Under the pieces are notes generated by a model that made no database searches, had not been told where the DNA came from, and saw only the letters and a list, made by a program, of their open reading frames with translations. Positions 9,620-20,000 of a stretch of DNA of 20,000 bases are shown in pieces. Source of the stretch: Piedraia hortae CBS 480.64 (taxonomy: Eukaryota); contig MU005961.1 in the NCBI GenBank assembly GCA_010093745.1, positions 425,289 through 445,288 of the forward strand, in the 5' to 3' direction. The position numbers and the translations under genes are program-made. Positions within the stretch are counted from its first letter, which is position 1. Every line of letters starts with the position of its first letter.

Positions 9620-10756
9620 TCAACCCAAACATCCCCTCACCCCCTCCAACAATCCCCTCTGCGCAACAACCTGCGACGCATCCCACACCATCACGCCCCC
9701 AAAACTCGCAAACCTCTTACAGTACCCAATCACGTCCTCAACCCCCTTAAGGGGTAAGAACCCACTCCCCGCCGCCGTGGGACCGCCAGGCACACCCACC
9801 AAAACCCTCACATTCTTATTAACCGAGCCATTTCTCGCCCACTCATCCCAAATCCCAAAATTAAAGTAACCCTGCTCCTCCGCGCCCTGGATATAAGAAT
9901 TTGCCCCGCAGTAGTTATTATAAAACTGCACGAAAACCGCGTCGAAGCTGACACCCCCGGAGAGCATAGCATCGTCCGCGAGGTCGGGAAAGGGACATTG
10001 TGGTGCTGCGGTTAGGTAGTAAGGTCCGTTGGGGGAGGAGTCCATGATATTGCGGAGTTTGGAGGCGAAGGGGAGGGTGTTTCGCATTGAGGACTCGAAG
10101 TCGAGGTCAATGCCGTTGATTTTGGCATTGCCGAAGGGGCGATGGGGAGAAATGCTTCGCGGAAGGATGGTTGGTGCTTTGTTCGGGTAGGGGGATTGTT
10201 CAGGAGGGCCAAACATTAACCAGAGTTTTCGGGCCCATTCTTCTGCTTCCGAGGGGGTGGAGAAGCCACCTTCCGTGTAGGTTGCTCCGCCGATGGAGAG
10301 GATGATGGTTTTGTTGTATTGTTCTTGGCAGGTTGTGATGTCTCGGCCGATGTCGGGGCAGTTGAGGAGTTGAGTGCCAGGGAAGAAGGTACAGTTGTCT
10401 TGCTGGTTGGCGAAGTTGAGTTGTGGGCCGTTGGTTATGGAGTAGAGGAATGCGAGAGGGATGATGTCGATATTGGTGTCTTGGTAGGGGGGGAGGTTGG
10501 GGTTAGTTGGGGTGGATTGGGAAGAAGAGGAAAATGCGTACTGGCACAGTAGGTTGCGAGGGGTTGTTGGGATAATTCTCCGCTGGAGGCTCCGTATGAG
10601 TTTTGTCCTGGTTGTTTTGTTATTATGTAGGTTTATGAGGATGGAAACGAACCAACCCCAATAGACGGCGACATTGTTGGACGAGGATGCAAAGACGTTA
10701 GCCTTGCACAGGCTGCAAAGTGCGACAAAAACTGTTAGTGCGACGTGGTAGGCCAT
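9620..10756 (-). CDS. Secreted GH18 class III (plant-type, Cts1-like catalytic domain) chitinase, ~341 aa, 3 exons: 10756-10657, 10607-10542, 10479-9620
   Basis: Hydrophobic signal peptide. Splicing GT..AG introns 10656-10608 (49 nt) and 10541-10480 (62 nt, ACTAAC branch point, AAG acceptor) restores VAVYWGQNS…LATYCANTNIDIIPLAFL. Further motifs: KTIILSIGGA, RPFG, catalytic NGIDLDFE, YYLTAAPQCPFPD, FVQFYNNYC, FGGVMVWDAS. No Ser/Thr-rich, CBM or GPI tail. Confidence 0.93.
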   Translation of the reverse strand: MAYHVALTVFVALCSLCKANVFASSSNNVAVYWGWFVSILINLHNNKTTRTKLIRSLQRRIIPTTPRNLLCQYAFSSSSQSTPTNPNLPPYQDTNIDIIPLAFLYSITNGPQLNFANQQDNCTFFPGTQLLNCPDIGRDITTCQEQYNKTIILSIGGATYTEGGFSTPSEAEEWARKLWLMFGPPEQSPYPNKAPTILPRSISPHRPFGNAKINGIDLDFESSMRNTLPFASKLRNIMDSSPNGPYYLTAAPQCPFPDLADDAMLSGGVSFDAVFVQFYNNYCGANSYIQGAEEQGYFNFGIWDEWARNGSVNKNVRVLVGVPGGPTAAGSGFLPLKGVEDVIGYCKRFASFGGVMVWDASQVVAQRGLLEGVRGCLG

Positions 10757-11105
10757 TGGAAGGTGGACAAACTTGGAGACGAGGAAAGATTTATATCAAG
10801 TTCCTGGCAATGACTCGTTGACGTTGGTGTGGTGGAGAACTGCGCGGTCCCGTCCCCAGTCGTGGGCCGGATCATCGGACAGTCGTCGAGTCGAGACAGG
10901 ATTGCGAGTAAGGGGCCAACTCTGGGCCGGCGTTGAGATCCGGTAACGTTACTGTGACCGCAAACGGCAGCATGCATCTCCAACCTGTCTCTTACCCGCG
11001 TCGCACAAGACGCTGCGCAACAGCAGCCGACCGTTTCGCTGCGACAATCATCAGAGGGCCTCACAGGATGCGAACACATTTGTCAGAAAAGGGAAAATCA
11101 TTACA

Positions 11106-12907
11106 TTAGAATTCATTGGGCGTCCATGGCTTGCTAAGGAAGCCAAGAAACTTCTTTCGACCGTTCACCGAGGCGGCCTCGGTGCCGATTTTGCCAGCCT
11201 TGGGCGTCTTTGCTTTGGACTTGCCATCTGCAGCGGGAGATTTCGAGTCTTGGTTTGTGCTTTCGTGGAGGATAGCCAGACGTTTTTGGGCGTTCTCGTA
11301 GCCCTGGTTGGCCGCACGCATATACCATTGATTGGCATTCAGTGGATCCCGTTGACAGCCGATGCCCATCTCGGTGAAATAACCTACAGCAAACTCGGCC
11401 TTTGCGTGACCTGTCACTTGTGTCAGCTTGGGTATGCATATTGAACGTCGGACAAACCAATATCTGCCGCCTGTTTGGCCCACATGTAGGCTTCTGTCTC
11501 GTCTTTGGCCAGCACGGGCTCGGCGCCAACCATGTACCAGGCGCACAAGGCCATCATGGCATCTGGATTGGCACGAGTTGCTGCATAGTTGTAGTGATGG
11601 ACGCTGAGTGCAACATCACGAGGACAGCCGTGCCACCCGTTCTCATAAACCTCTCCCAGACACAGGTTTGCTTGAACATGGCCCAGTTCGGCTGCTTGCG
11701 TTATAAGCTTGATGCCGTATTCTTCATCTTGAAAGACATCGTCGCCGAACCCAGTCAGGTGAAGCAGGCCAAGCTCATAAGGAGCGATGTTGTGCTGCAG
11801 ATCGGCGCTTTCTGTGGCGCGCTTAAGCCACGTAATTCCTTCACGAGTAGAGGTATTGCGATTCAGCCCCAAGGTGCCCCGGATACAGGCCAGGCCAAGA
11901 CGGGTGGCGGCGCCTGGGTGATTTTTTGACGCAGCTGACCGATAGAATTGCACAGCCTTGGCGTATGAAGTCGACGACACCCAGCCAAACTCATAGCATA
12001 GGCCGGCGCGATAACCAGATTCAGCATGGCCGTGTTTCGACGCCGCAACAAAAAGGGTCAGCGCCTTGTCGCGGTCGGGCTTGTTCTTATTGAAGAGACC
12101 AGAATAGAATCCATCGCCTAGGTAGTACTGGGCAAAGGGATAGCCACGATCTGCGAGGCGCTGCAAGATGCTCTTCGCTTCATTGAGGAGCTGCGCAGGG
12201 TCTAGGCCATCGTCGGGCTCAGCCTTTTTGGCGGTTCTGACCATGAACACGGCAAACTCATACGCCACAGCTGGGTCAGTAGACTTGGTCACATTGGCAC
12301 GGTACATTTCCAGCGTTTTCTTGGTATCAAGCAGGCTGGCCGCGCTGCCGACCGCGTTCTGGAGCGCCGCGTGGCTCTTGTTTGGCATTGGAGCGATCTG
12401 TTGGTGGTAAGGAACGTCAGTGAGCAGGTCAATGTAGCTCATGGGGCGATTGTTGGGCGAACGGCGCGACATGGAGGGTTGTCTAGAAACAACAGGAGGC
12501 GTGTTTTGCCCCGAATGTGTGCCACTATGTGAATCCCTACGCGACTCTCCGAATAGAGACGAAATGCTTGGTTTAGCCAATCTTGGCTGCTCTTGACTCC
12601 GCCGTTCACCAGACCAGCTGGAACGAGCCAGATGCTTGAGAGAGTGTCGCTTGTTCGTCAGCGGACCGAAAGCGAAATATGAAAGGCCGGGCCGCATTTC
12701 GTCCTGGATGGCAGCTGGAGAGGCGCTCTTTGGCCGCTCATCGTCGGGCGGCGTCTGCTTCGGTGATGCCGCATCTCCGTCGCGCGAGGCAGGCGGGGGA
12801 GTTCCGATCTTTCCGCTGCCGATCGAAACATCCCGCGAGCGCCCGCCGTGTCTGGCCTTTGATACTTCACTGGCATAGTCTTCGACGGGCAGTCCCACTG
12901 GTTCCAT
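11106..12907 (-). CDS. Sel1-repeat chitin synthase activator (Chs4/Skt5-like), ~584 aa; exons 12907-11458 and 11410-11106
   Basis: Ser/Arg/Pro-rich N-terminus, then TLEMYRANVTKSTDPAVAYEFA and tandem Sel1-like repeats (LADRGYPFAQYYLGD, ASKHGHAESGYRAGLCYEFG, AASKNHPGAATRLG, APYELGLLH, AMMALCAWYMVGAE). A 47-nt intron (GTTTGT…GCTGAC…CAG, 11457-11411) joins DIG|HAKAEFAVGYFTEMGIG. Start assigned to cacc-ATG-G at 12907; an upstream exon cannot be excluded. Confidence 0.88.
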
Positions 12908-13521
12908 GGTGTAAATTTTTGGTCGACCCTTCCTCGCACTTGGGATGGCGCTGTCAACTCCCAACGGACGTTATTATGGCTGCAATTGTGCAACGCAAAC
13001 GGATGTGGATAATGCCTATTGATACGTTGATGAGGTGCGGTGAGGCGGATGATGTCTGGCTGCGATCAACTCCCAGCGGGAGTATCCGAGGAAGGAGCGT
13101 GGGGGGCTGTGTCTATGCCCGGTGGCTGATGGCCGCTGTCCATTTGGACGTTTTTCTTTGCCTCGCCAAGATATGACCGTTTGCGATTGCGGTCACGTGG
13201 TTTCTAAATGGGGACGGCCGAATCAACCACGCACACGGGACTTGTGGACAAGCACTGGCTCTAGCCAGTCTAGTCCAGTAGTCTGAGGTACATTGTGCAT
13301 ACCTCGGCAACTATCTGCTTACGACCTGAGTTCCCACATCGCTTGGCCTCAGCTGTTGAATTGGTACACTAAAGAAGGGGGGTACCAAAGAACTAAAGGG
13401 AGAAACAGTTATCTATTCGCCCTTGCTGATTGTGAATCAAGTCTATAAGCCCAGCAGATAGTCCAAGTATCAGCCATGTCTCGTATCCGTCAAACCAACC
13501 CAACCTCATGACTTTCCTCCA

Positions 13522-13710
13522 TCACCACCCTGATCTAACCCAGTATTCGACAGTCTCACTTTCAGTAGTAGTTTCACCACCACCACCACCACCTCCTCCT
13601 CCTCCTCCTCCCCCTTTCCCCGACGATCTTTGTACCACGAAAAATATTAACCCGGCGGCGATGACTGCAATCGTTCCAAGCACTCCCAGCAAGATGGCCA
13701 AGCTCGACAT
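13522..13710 (-). CDS. Putative 62-aa single-pass membrane microprotein with poly-Gly tract
   Basis: ATG in good context (gaacaATGtcg), then a ~23-residue hydrophobic stretch (LAILLGVLGTIAVIAAGLIFFVV) followed by QRSSGK and G13. Short, with no recognised family. Confidence 0.4.
   Translation of the reverse strand: MSSLAILLGVLGTIAVIAAGLIFFVVQRSSGKGGGGGGGGGGGGGETTTESETVEYWVRSGW
13575..13614. repeat. Compound trinucleotide microsatellite (CCA)5(CCT)6
   Basis: Sequence caccaccaccaccaccacctcctcctcctcctcctccccc; encodes the poly-Gly of the minus-strand small ORF. Confidence 0.9.
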
Positions 13711-15056
13711 TGTTCCTATCTTTTGGAAGCCTGATTGATGTTAAGGTCGTCTCTGTTGCGTTTTCGAGGCCTTGCCTCAGCCAACGGAATGTGTGAACGG
13801 TTGAGATGATTGATGTTGAACCAGGTTAAATATTTGCAGTGCTGGGCTGGTGGACAGGTAAGGGAGACATCGAGTCGATTGGGTGTACTTGAGTGTCTTG
13901 AAAGAAGGCGTCTTTGCCTGTGTTTGTGCCGGCATGTTCACTGGTGCATTACAAACAAGACGAGGTGAATATGAACCAGAGCGCACCTGGGCGCACAACG
14001 TATACAGTTTGCCCTTTGCTAGGCAAGCGTATTCTCAGCTAGCCATTATATCAGAACGCCTGCTTAAGCGCTAGTGCCACCAATCTATGTTTCGTCGTCG
14101 AGTTGAATTACGTTCAAGCACAGCTACAGACCAACACAATCGCCTGGGTCATCGAGCCAGAAAGACAAAGTAGGCTTGTAGCTTGTAGGGACTACGGAAT
14201 ACAATGGGGCAAACGTTGCCAGCAGTTACTGCCTGCGGATCTATCAAAGGACCTTTCCAACCATCGCTTGATTCGCTGTAATGTTACTTCATCACCAGAA
14301 ACAGGCTCCTTTTCATGATACGCCGGCGCATCAAAGCACCCGCACTCGATGACTTACATTGACCAGATTTGCATAAAACTCTGCCGCAACGCTAGTTTCC
14401 AAACCGTACCATTTTCGATATGAGATGAAAGAGACCAGTAATGGGCCCTGCAAAGAGCTCTCTAACAGCAATGTCTCTGCGTCTCTCGGTCAAGAGACGC
14501 CGCTCCTCCACCGGATTGGTTGCTAGTTGTGTATATCAGCTTAGATATTGGCATGGAAACGGATCAAGCTCCCAATCAGCGTCTGCTCGCGAGGTGGACT
14601 CTAGAAGGCGTGGTCTGCACGCCCACGTTCACCTTCCAGGCGACGACAGCTTCATAACCCCCGCCCCCACCACCTCAGCCCGCCCGTTGAGCTCCACAGT
14701 TGTTGTGCAGTGGCTCGCAGGAAGCCCACAGTGGCGCCATAGCTGCTGCTGGCTCGGGGCGCTCCACCGCCACGTTGTTCCTGCATGGTCCTGCATTGAC
14801 GGCCATCACGTGATCAGCCACGCCAGCATCACTCGGGCAACGCAGCCATCAAGCAAGTTATTGACGCTGTCGATCGTCGCTTTCACTCGCTCAGCGACGT
14901 GTTTGCGCGCGTGGACGGCATCTCGCATAACGCGGCCCGCGTTCCCAACCAGCCGGAGTTTGTGGGAAACCGCAACAGCCAGACCCCAGCCGAAACAGCA
15001 GGAAAACGAGAGAGAAACACGTGTGCGACGCGCAAGGGAGGGCGCACGAGGCTGCC

Positions 15057-18000
15057 ATGCCTTCCACTCCCAGAAGACATCAGCCAGAGTCTCCGCGACG
15101 GCCCAGACGACCCTCCCATGGCGGCACGCGCACCGAGAAGCCGCGCAGACGCGCCAGTACAGATCGATCAACTCCGCGGGCGCAACCTCGTAGTTCCAGT
15201 GTTGGCGGTCCGCGATCGCCACCCCGTTCCAGGCAACGCGCTCACCATGGGGACCATCGTGAGCCAGACGAGTACAGAGAAGAGTACAGACGTAGGAGGA
15301 GGAGCTCTGGAGGCAACCGCCCGCCTCCACGTCCAACTTATGATTCGCCGCGAATGACTGATCACCGCCGTTATCTTACTCAGTCGGAAATTCCATCGCC
15401 CGTAATATCATCGCCGGTCCGTGTGCGGGAGTCTGATGCGATGCTTGAACACGGCACTCCTGTGCGCAGTAAACCCGGCGGGTTGAACCACAAAAAGTCC
15501 CTCGTCCGTCCCGAACGGCGCCGCGAGGATCCAGACGGTGATCCAAACTATCACTACAGTCAGCATGCCAAGCGAATGAACATTTTGCCCTCCACAACTG
15601 GCCGAGATCCGCAGTTGGAAGATGATATGCGAACGCTTTTGTCGGATGTGGACGATGACAGGCTTGGCTCATCCCCAGTCTCCACCGGGAAGATGACAGG
15701 TGGGGGCGTAGTCGTCAACAGACGGGGCGGAACCAGACGCACCCACAACACTCTGAGCCGGAAACCGACCAAGGAAGAACGAGCCAAGATGAAGAAGAAG
15801 ATTCAGAACAAGGAAGCAGAGGGCAAATTGAGCCTGTGGAACACGTACTGTCGCTTGGTCACTCTCTGGTGCCCAAACATCTTCTTAAAATGCGCTGGAA
15901 TGAGGCAGAAGGAACAGCAGAGAGCGTGGAGAGAGAAGATGGGCCTCATCAGCATCATTCTGCTCATCATGTTGTTTGTCGGATTTCTCACCTTTGGCTT
16001 CACCGAGACCGTCTGCCCGGCGGGAGGGCCGGCGAGGCTGAGAGTGAACGAGGTATCTTCGTCGTATATGATTGTCCATGGTCGGGCTTATGATCTGTCA
16101 AAGTCTCGTCATCCGCTTGCTCGTGGCATTCGGGCGAATGCCAACGTTCTCTATGATCTACAGGAGCCGCAAGGTGGAAAAGACGGCAGTTTTCTGTTCC
16201 AGAACGTCAATGGCGCCTGCAAAGGCCTCATCAGACCCGCTCCTAAATCAGATGTTCCGCATAATTCGAATGGGGATATGGCTTGGTACTTCCCCTGCAC
16301 CACCTTCAACCAGGACGGCTCCAGCGAGCCTAACAAGACCATCCCATACTATCTGGGTTACGCTTGCCATACATCCAAGAGGGGTCGTGATGCCTTTTAC
16401 GATCTTCGAAATAGTGGCGATGTGTTCTTCACCTGGGACGATGTGAGGAATACCAGCCGAAATTTGGTGGTATATAGCGGCGATGTGTTGGATCTGGACC
16501 TGTTGGCCTGGTTTAACACCTCCCAGGTTTCCTATCCGTCCCAGTTTGACCGTATGCGTACCAACTTGGCTATTCGAGGCAAAGACATTACCCTGGCGTT
16601 TTCCTCTGGCAGCAATCGCCAGATGGTGCGCTGCTTGCAGGAAATTGTCAAGGTTGGCTCGGTTGACACGCTCACGGTCGGGTGCATCGCGTCCAAGGTG
16701 GTGCTTTATGTCAGTTTGATCTTCATTCTGGGCATTGTGGCCATCAAGTTCCTACTGGCTCTCCTTTTCCAGTGGTTTCTGTGCCGCAAGTTTGCAGCTG
16801 ACAAGACGTCCATGTCATCAAACAAGAAGGAGCGGATGCAGCAGATCGAAGACTGGACAAACGACATTTACCGTCCAGCGCCCGATGTTACCGATCCAGT
16901 ATCTGAGGCAGGGATGTCAGGTGGAAACCGGAGCAAGCGGAATAGCTTTCTGCCCACTACCTCTCGGTTTACCAGCCCATACGCCATGGATCGTCCCGTG
17001 GTGAAGGATCGCCCTTTGCCCACAACTATGGCGAGCCAGCAGTCCACAGCTCGTTTGCTTCCGGGGTCTACTAACTTGGAGCCGCCTTCGAACCGTAGTG
17101 AGGTTACGCTCTCTCAAGAATCAGGCAGCAGGGCCAGTCTCACGGATCGGACGTATACTGCCACTGCTACAGGCACAGGCATGTTCCCGAACAGTGAGAC
17201 TACTTTTGCGGACACGAATATTACAGGGCCTCAGGGATTTATCCACGAGTCTGTTGTACCTCAGCCCCCAGTGGAATGGCAGCCGTTTGGTTATCCACTG
17301 GCCCATACCATTTGTCTCATTACCGCGTACTCAGAAGGGCCCGAGGGAATCAGGACGACACTGGACTCAATCGCAATGACTGACTACCCCAACAGTCACA
17401 AACTAATCCTGGTCATCTGCGACGGTCTCATCAAGGGTAAAGGCGAGTCTATGAGTACGCCCGAGGTTTGTTTGTCCATGATGACGGATCACGTTGTTCC
17501 ACCGGACGAGGTCCAACCCTTTTCTTACGTGGCTGTGGCTTCGGGATCCAAGAGACACAACATGGCCAAAGTCTACTCTGGCTTCTACGACTACGGCAGA
17601 CGGTCCATCATACCACCAAACAAGCAGCAGCGAGTCCCAATGGTCCTCATCGTCAAATGCGGCACGCCCGCAGAGTCCAAAGCAGCGAAGCCCGGCAACC
17701 GTGGCAAACGTGACAGCCAAATCATCCTCATGTCGTTCCTCCAAAAAGTCATGTTCGACGAGCGCATGACCCAACTTGAGTACGAAATGTTCAACGGCAT
17801 CTGGAAAGTAACCGGCATCTCGCCCGACTTTTACGAAATCGTCCTCATGGTCGACGCAGACACAAAGGTCTTCCCCGACTCCCTCACAAACATGATCTCC
17901 GCCATGGTCAAAGACCCTGAAGTGATGGGACTCTGCGGCGAGACCAAAATTGCCAACAAGACCCAATCGTGGGTCTCCATGATCCAAGTATTTGAATACT

Positions 18001-18923
18001 TCATCAGCCACCACCAAAGCAAATCCTTTGAAAGCGTCTTTGGCGGTGTAACCTGCCTGCCCGGCTGTTTCTGCATGTATCGCATCAAAACCCCCAAAGG
18101 CGGACAAAACTACTGGGTTCCCGTTCTCGCCAACCCGGATATCGTAGAACACTACTCCGAAAACGTCGTCAACACGCTCCACACCAAAAACCTGTTGCTC
18201 CTAGGTGAAGACCGCTACCTCAGCACCCTAATGCTCAAAACCTTCCCAAAACGCAAACAAATTTTCGTCCCCCAGGCAGTCTGCAAGACTACAGTTCCCG
18301 ACTCTTTCAAAGTCCTCTTATCACAACGCAGACGATGGATCAACTCCACCGTTCACAATCTCATGGAACTCGTCCTCGTAAGGGACCTGTGTGGAACATT
18401 CTGCTTCTCGATGCAATTCGTCGTGTTCATCGAACTGGTCGGGACACTTGTCCTCCCCGCCGCGATCGCGTTTACGATCTTTCTGATCATCAAGGCTATC
18501 ATCGCGGCCGCGACGCATTCCGTCGTCCCTGTCATCCCGCTCATCCTCCTAGCGCTTATCCTGGGCCTCCCGGCAGTCCTGATTGTTGTGACTGCGCACC
18601 GACCGGTCTATGTCCTCTGGATGCTGGTATATCTCCTGTCCTTACCGATCTGGAATTTTGTTTTACCAGTGTATGCGTACTGGCATTTTGACGATTTTTC
18701 GTGGGGGGATACGAGACAGACTGCCGGGGAGGTCCGCGGGGCGGATAAGGGGGGACACGGAGGCGATGGGGAGTTTGATTCGAGTCAGATTACGATGAAG
18801 AGGTGGGCGGATTTTGAGAGGGAGAGTAGGTTTAATGCCAGGGGAAGGGAGTTTGATGCTAAGGGTGGGAATATGTTTGATGCTAAGGAGGGGGTCGGGT
18901 ATGGGCAGGAGGAGGAGTTTTAG
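15057..18923 (+). CDS. CHS3: Class IV chitin synthase (division 2; yeast Chs3 / Neurospora chs-4 type), ~1288 aa, apparently intronless
   Basis: First ATG (gccATG) at 15057 in a 3.9-kb ORF. Motifs: AWREKMGL followed by a TM helix, cytochrome-b5-like [88 protein letters not shown]. No myosin motor domain, so class IV rather than V/VII. Confidence 0.96.
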   Translation: MPSTPRRHQPESPRRPRRPSHGGTRTEKPRRRASTDRSTPRAQPRSSSVGGPRSPPRSRQRAHHGDHREPDEYREEYRRRRRSSGGNRPPPRPTYDSPRMTDHRRYLTQSEIPSPVISSPVRVRESDAMLEHGTPVRSKPGGLNHKKSLVRPERRREDPDGDPNYHYSQHAKRMNILPSTTGRDPQLEDDMRTLLSDVDDDRLGSSPVSTGKMTGGGVVVNRRGGTRRTHNTLSRKPTKEERAKMKKKIQNKEAEGKLSLWNTYCRLVTLWCPNIFLKCAGMRQKEQQRAWREKMGLISIILLIMLFVGFLTFGFTETVCPAGGPARLRVNEVSSSYMIVHGRAYDLSKSRHPLARGIRANANVLYDLQEPQGGKDGSFLFQNVNGACKGLIRPAPKSDVPHNSNGDMAWYFPCTTFNQDGSSEPNKTIPYYLGYACHTSKRGRDAFYDLRNSGDVFFTWDDVRNTSRNLVVYSGDVLDLDLLAWFNTSQVSYPSQFDRMRTNLAIRGKDITLAFSSGSNRQMVRCLQEIVKVGSVDTLTVGCIASKVVLYVSLIFILGIVAIKFLLALLFQWFLCRKFAADKTSMSSNKKERMQQIEDWTNDIYRPAPDVTDPVSEAGMSGGNRSKRNSFLPTTSRFTSPYAMDRPVVKDRPLPTTMASQQSTARLLPGSTNLEPPSNRSEVTLSQESGSRASLTDRTYTATATGTGMFPNSETTFADTNITGPQGFIHESVVPQPPVEWQPFGYPLAHTICLITAYSEGPEGIRTTLDSIAMTDYPNSHKLILVICDGLIKGKGESMSTPEVCLSMMTDHVVPPDEVQPFSYVAVASGSKRHNMAKVYSGFYDYGRRSIIPPNKQQRVPMVLIVKCGTPAESKAAKPGNRGKRDSQIILMSFLQKVMFDERMTQLEYEMFNGIWKVTGISPDFYEIVLMVDADTKVFPDSLTNMISAMVKDPEVMGLCGETKIANKTQSWVSMIQVFEYFISHHQSKSFESVFGGVTCLPGCFCMYRIKTPKGGQNYWVPVLANPDIVEHYSENVVNTLHTKNLLLLGEDRYLSTLMLKTFPKRKQIFVPQAVCKTTVPDSFKVLLSQRRRWINSTVHNLMELVLVRDLCGTFCFSMQFVVFIELVGTLVLPAAIAFTIFLIIKAIIAAATHSVVPVIPLILLALILGLPAVLIVVTAHRPVYVLWMLVYLLSLPIWNFVLPVYAYWHFDDFSWGDTRQTAGEVRGADKGGHGGDGEFDSSQITMKRWADFERESRFNARGREFDAKGGNMFDAKEGVGYGQEEEF

Positions 18924-20000
18924 GGGGAGTTAATGGCATAAAAGTAGACGGGTTTGATTTTTTGGTGACGGGAGTTGTATGCGATGCCTTTCGCCATTCT
19001 AATGATTTTTGTGTCAGTAGCGACGCCTACAGTGAGTTCGGTCACTGGAGGAGATTCTCTCCGGCTAGAGAACATTTCTTCACATATTTCACCATTTCAA
19101 TAAGACTGACCCGTGCGAACCGTGAAGCTCCACGGTGAATAATACTTCGAGAAGAATGAACAAGAATTCAATGCAATAGGCGCCAGAAAGTCATGCCCTG
19201 GTCATCATTCTCTCCTAAGTTCGATTGAGGCAAATTGTGGAAGTAGGTACTTCCACGAAGCCGAGTTCTACTCCCTTCCACCAGGCACTCAGAGTCCAGC
19301 ATATGAGAAATCATCCCTGCGAAGATCCTCCTGCGATACTCATTGGTGTATACACAGAACACAGATCATCATTAGCTTAGCCGTCGTATATCCCTGAACT
19401 TCCCCAGTTTTCCTCCCATGCAACGCATCACCCTGCCACCTGACGTCGCCGTGACAACCCATCCCCCAAAGAAAAACAAATCGTAATCGACTGACTCGTG
19501 CCTGGAGCAACATGTCTCCCCTCGAGTCTAGAAGGTAAAAAAAAACCCTCTGCGGATCTCCTCTTGTCATTTCAGCGCTCCGTAGTCCACGCTGCGTTCA
19601 TTATCCATGCCGCTTGGGGTGAAAAATGTTTCCCACACCCCACCGTGGAACAGTACCGCATATCATCACGCTCTCGCACAAATTTTTTCCGTGGGAAATT
19701 CTCCACACGGATCTCGACACTGCAGTCTTACAAGAAAGCTGATTTCCTCGCGAAGGATGGAACAGTGGCTCATGTCATCTTGCTGGTCAAGGAGTACGGC
19801 GACGATGGAAAGATCTTTGGAATTGCGACGAACAGTCGAGTGCACAGGTGTTATAGGGCTGGAGTCGGTAGGCGGGACGGCCCATGCCGGCTCGGTGTAC
19901 AGAAGTATTATAATTGTGAGCAGATGTGTACCTGCATACAAATCTCTACGGAAAACTAGTTGACGCGTGAAGTCGAGAGCCGAGCGACGGTTACTAATAA

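Noticed and set aside
14441..15357. 250-aa, 176-aa and 152-aa ORFs upstream of or overlapping the CHS start
   Set aside because: GC-rich promoter/5' UTR sequence giving low-complexity Arg/Ser/Ala translations with no domain signal.
17403..18182. 259-aa antisense ORF and other overlapping ORFs within CHS, the activator and the chitinase
   Set aside because: Shadow ORFs expected from codon bias of the real genes; no recognisable motifs.
18830..18896. Short triplicated FNARG/FDAKG/FDAKEG motif at the CHS C-terminus
   Set aside because: Local tandem duplication in a variable tail; no evidence of function.
19237..19256. Perfect 9-bp inverted repeat GTGGAAGTA-GG-TACTTCCAC
   Set aside because: A single short hairpin of this size is near chance expectation in 20 kb and has no supporting context.
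19498..19959. 153-codon ORF near the window end
   Set aside because: No ATG start and no recognisable family; may be another decayed gene but cannot be supported.

Overview
Eukaryotic DNA from a filamentous ascomycete fungus with very short introns (47-62 nt). The right half (9.6-18.9 kb) is a chitin-metabolism neighbourhood: a secreted GH18 class III chitinase (-), a Sel1-repeat chitin synthase activator (Chs4/Skt5-like, -) and, head-to-head with it, an intronless class IV chitin synthase (Chs3-like, +). A possible single-pass microprotein lies between the last two. The left half (0-9.5 kb) looks accessory and decaying. It holds an IS630/Tc1-type transposase relic with RIP-like transitions, stop-interrupted pseudogene-like frames (weakly F-box-like), a small orphan gene with 24-bp repeats and an intact but strongly divergent intronless Skp1 paralog. 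It also holds two copies of an LTR-like dispersed repeat whose conserved core folds into a multi-hairpin structure. All calls come from reading and hand-translating the sequence; no searches were run.
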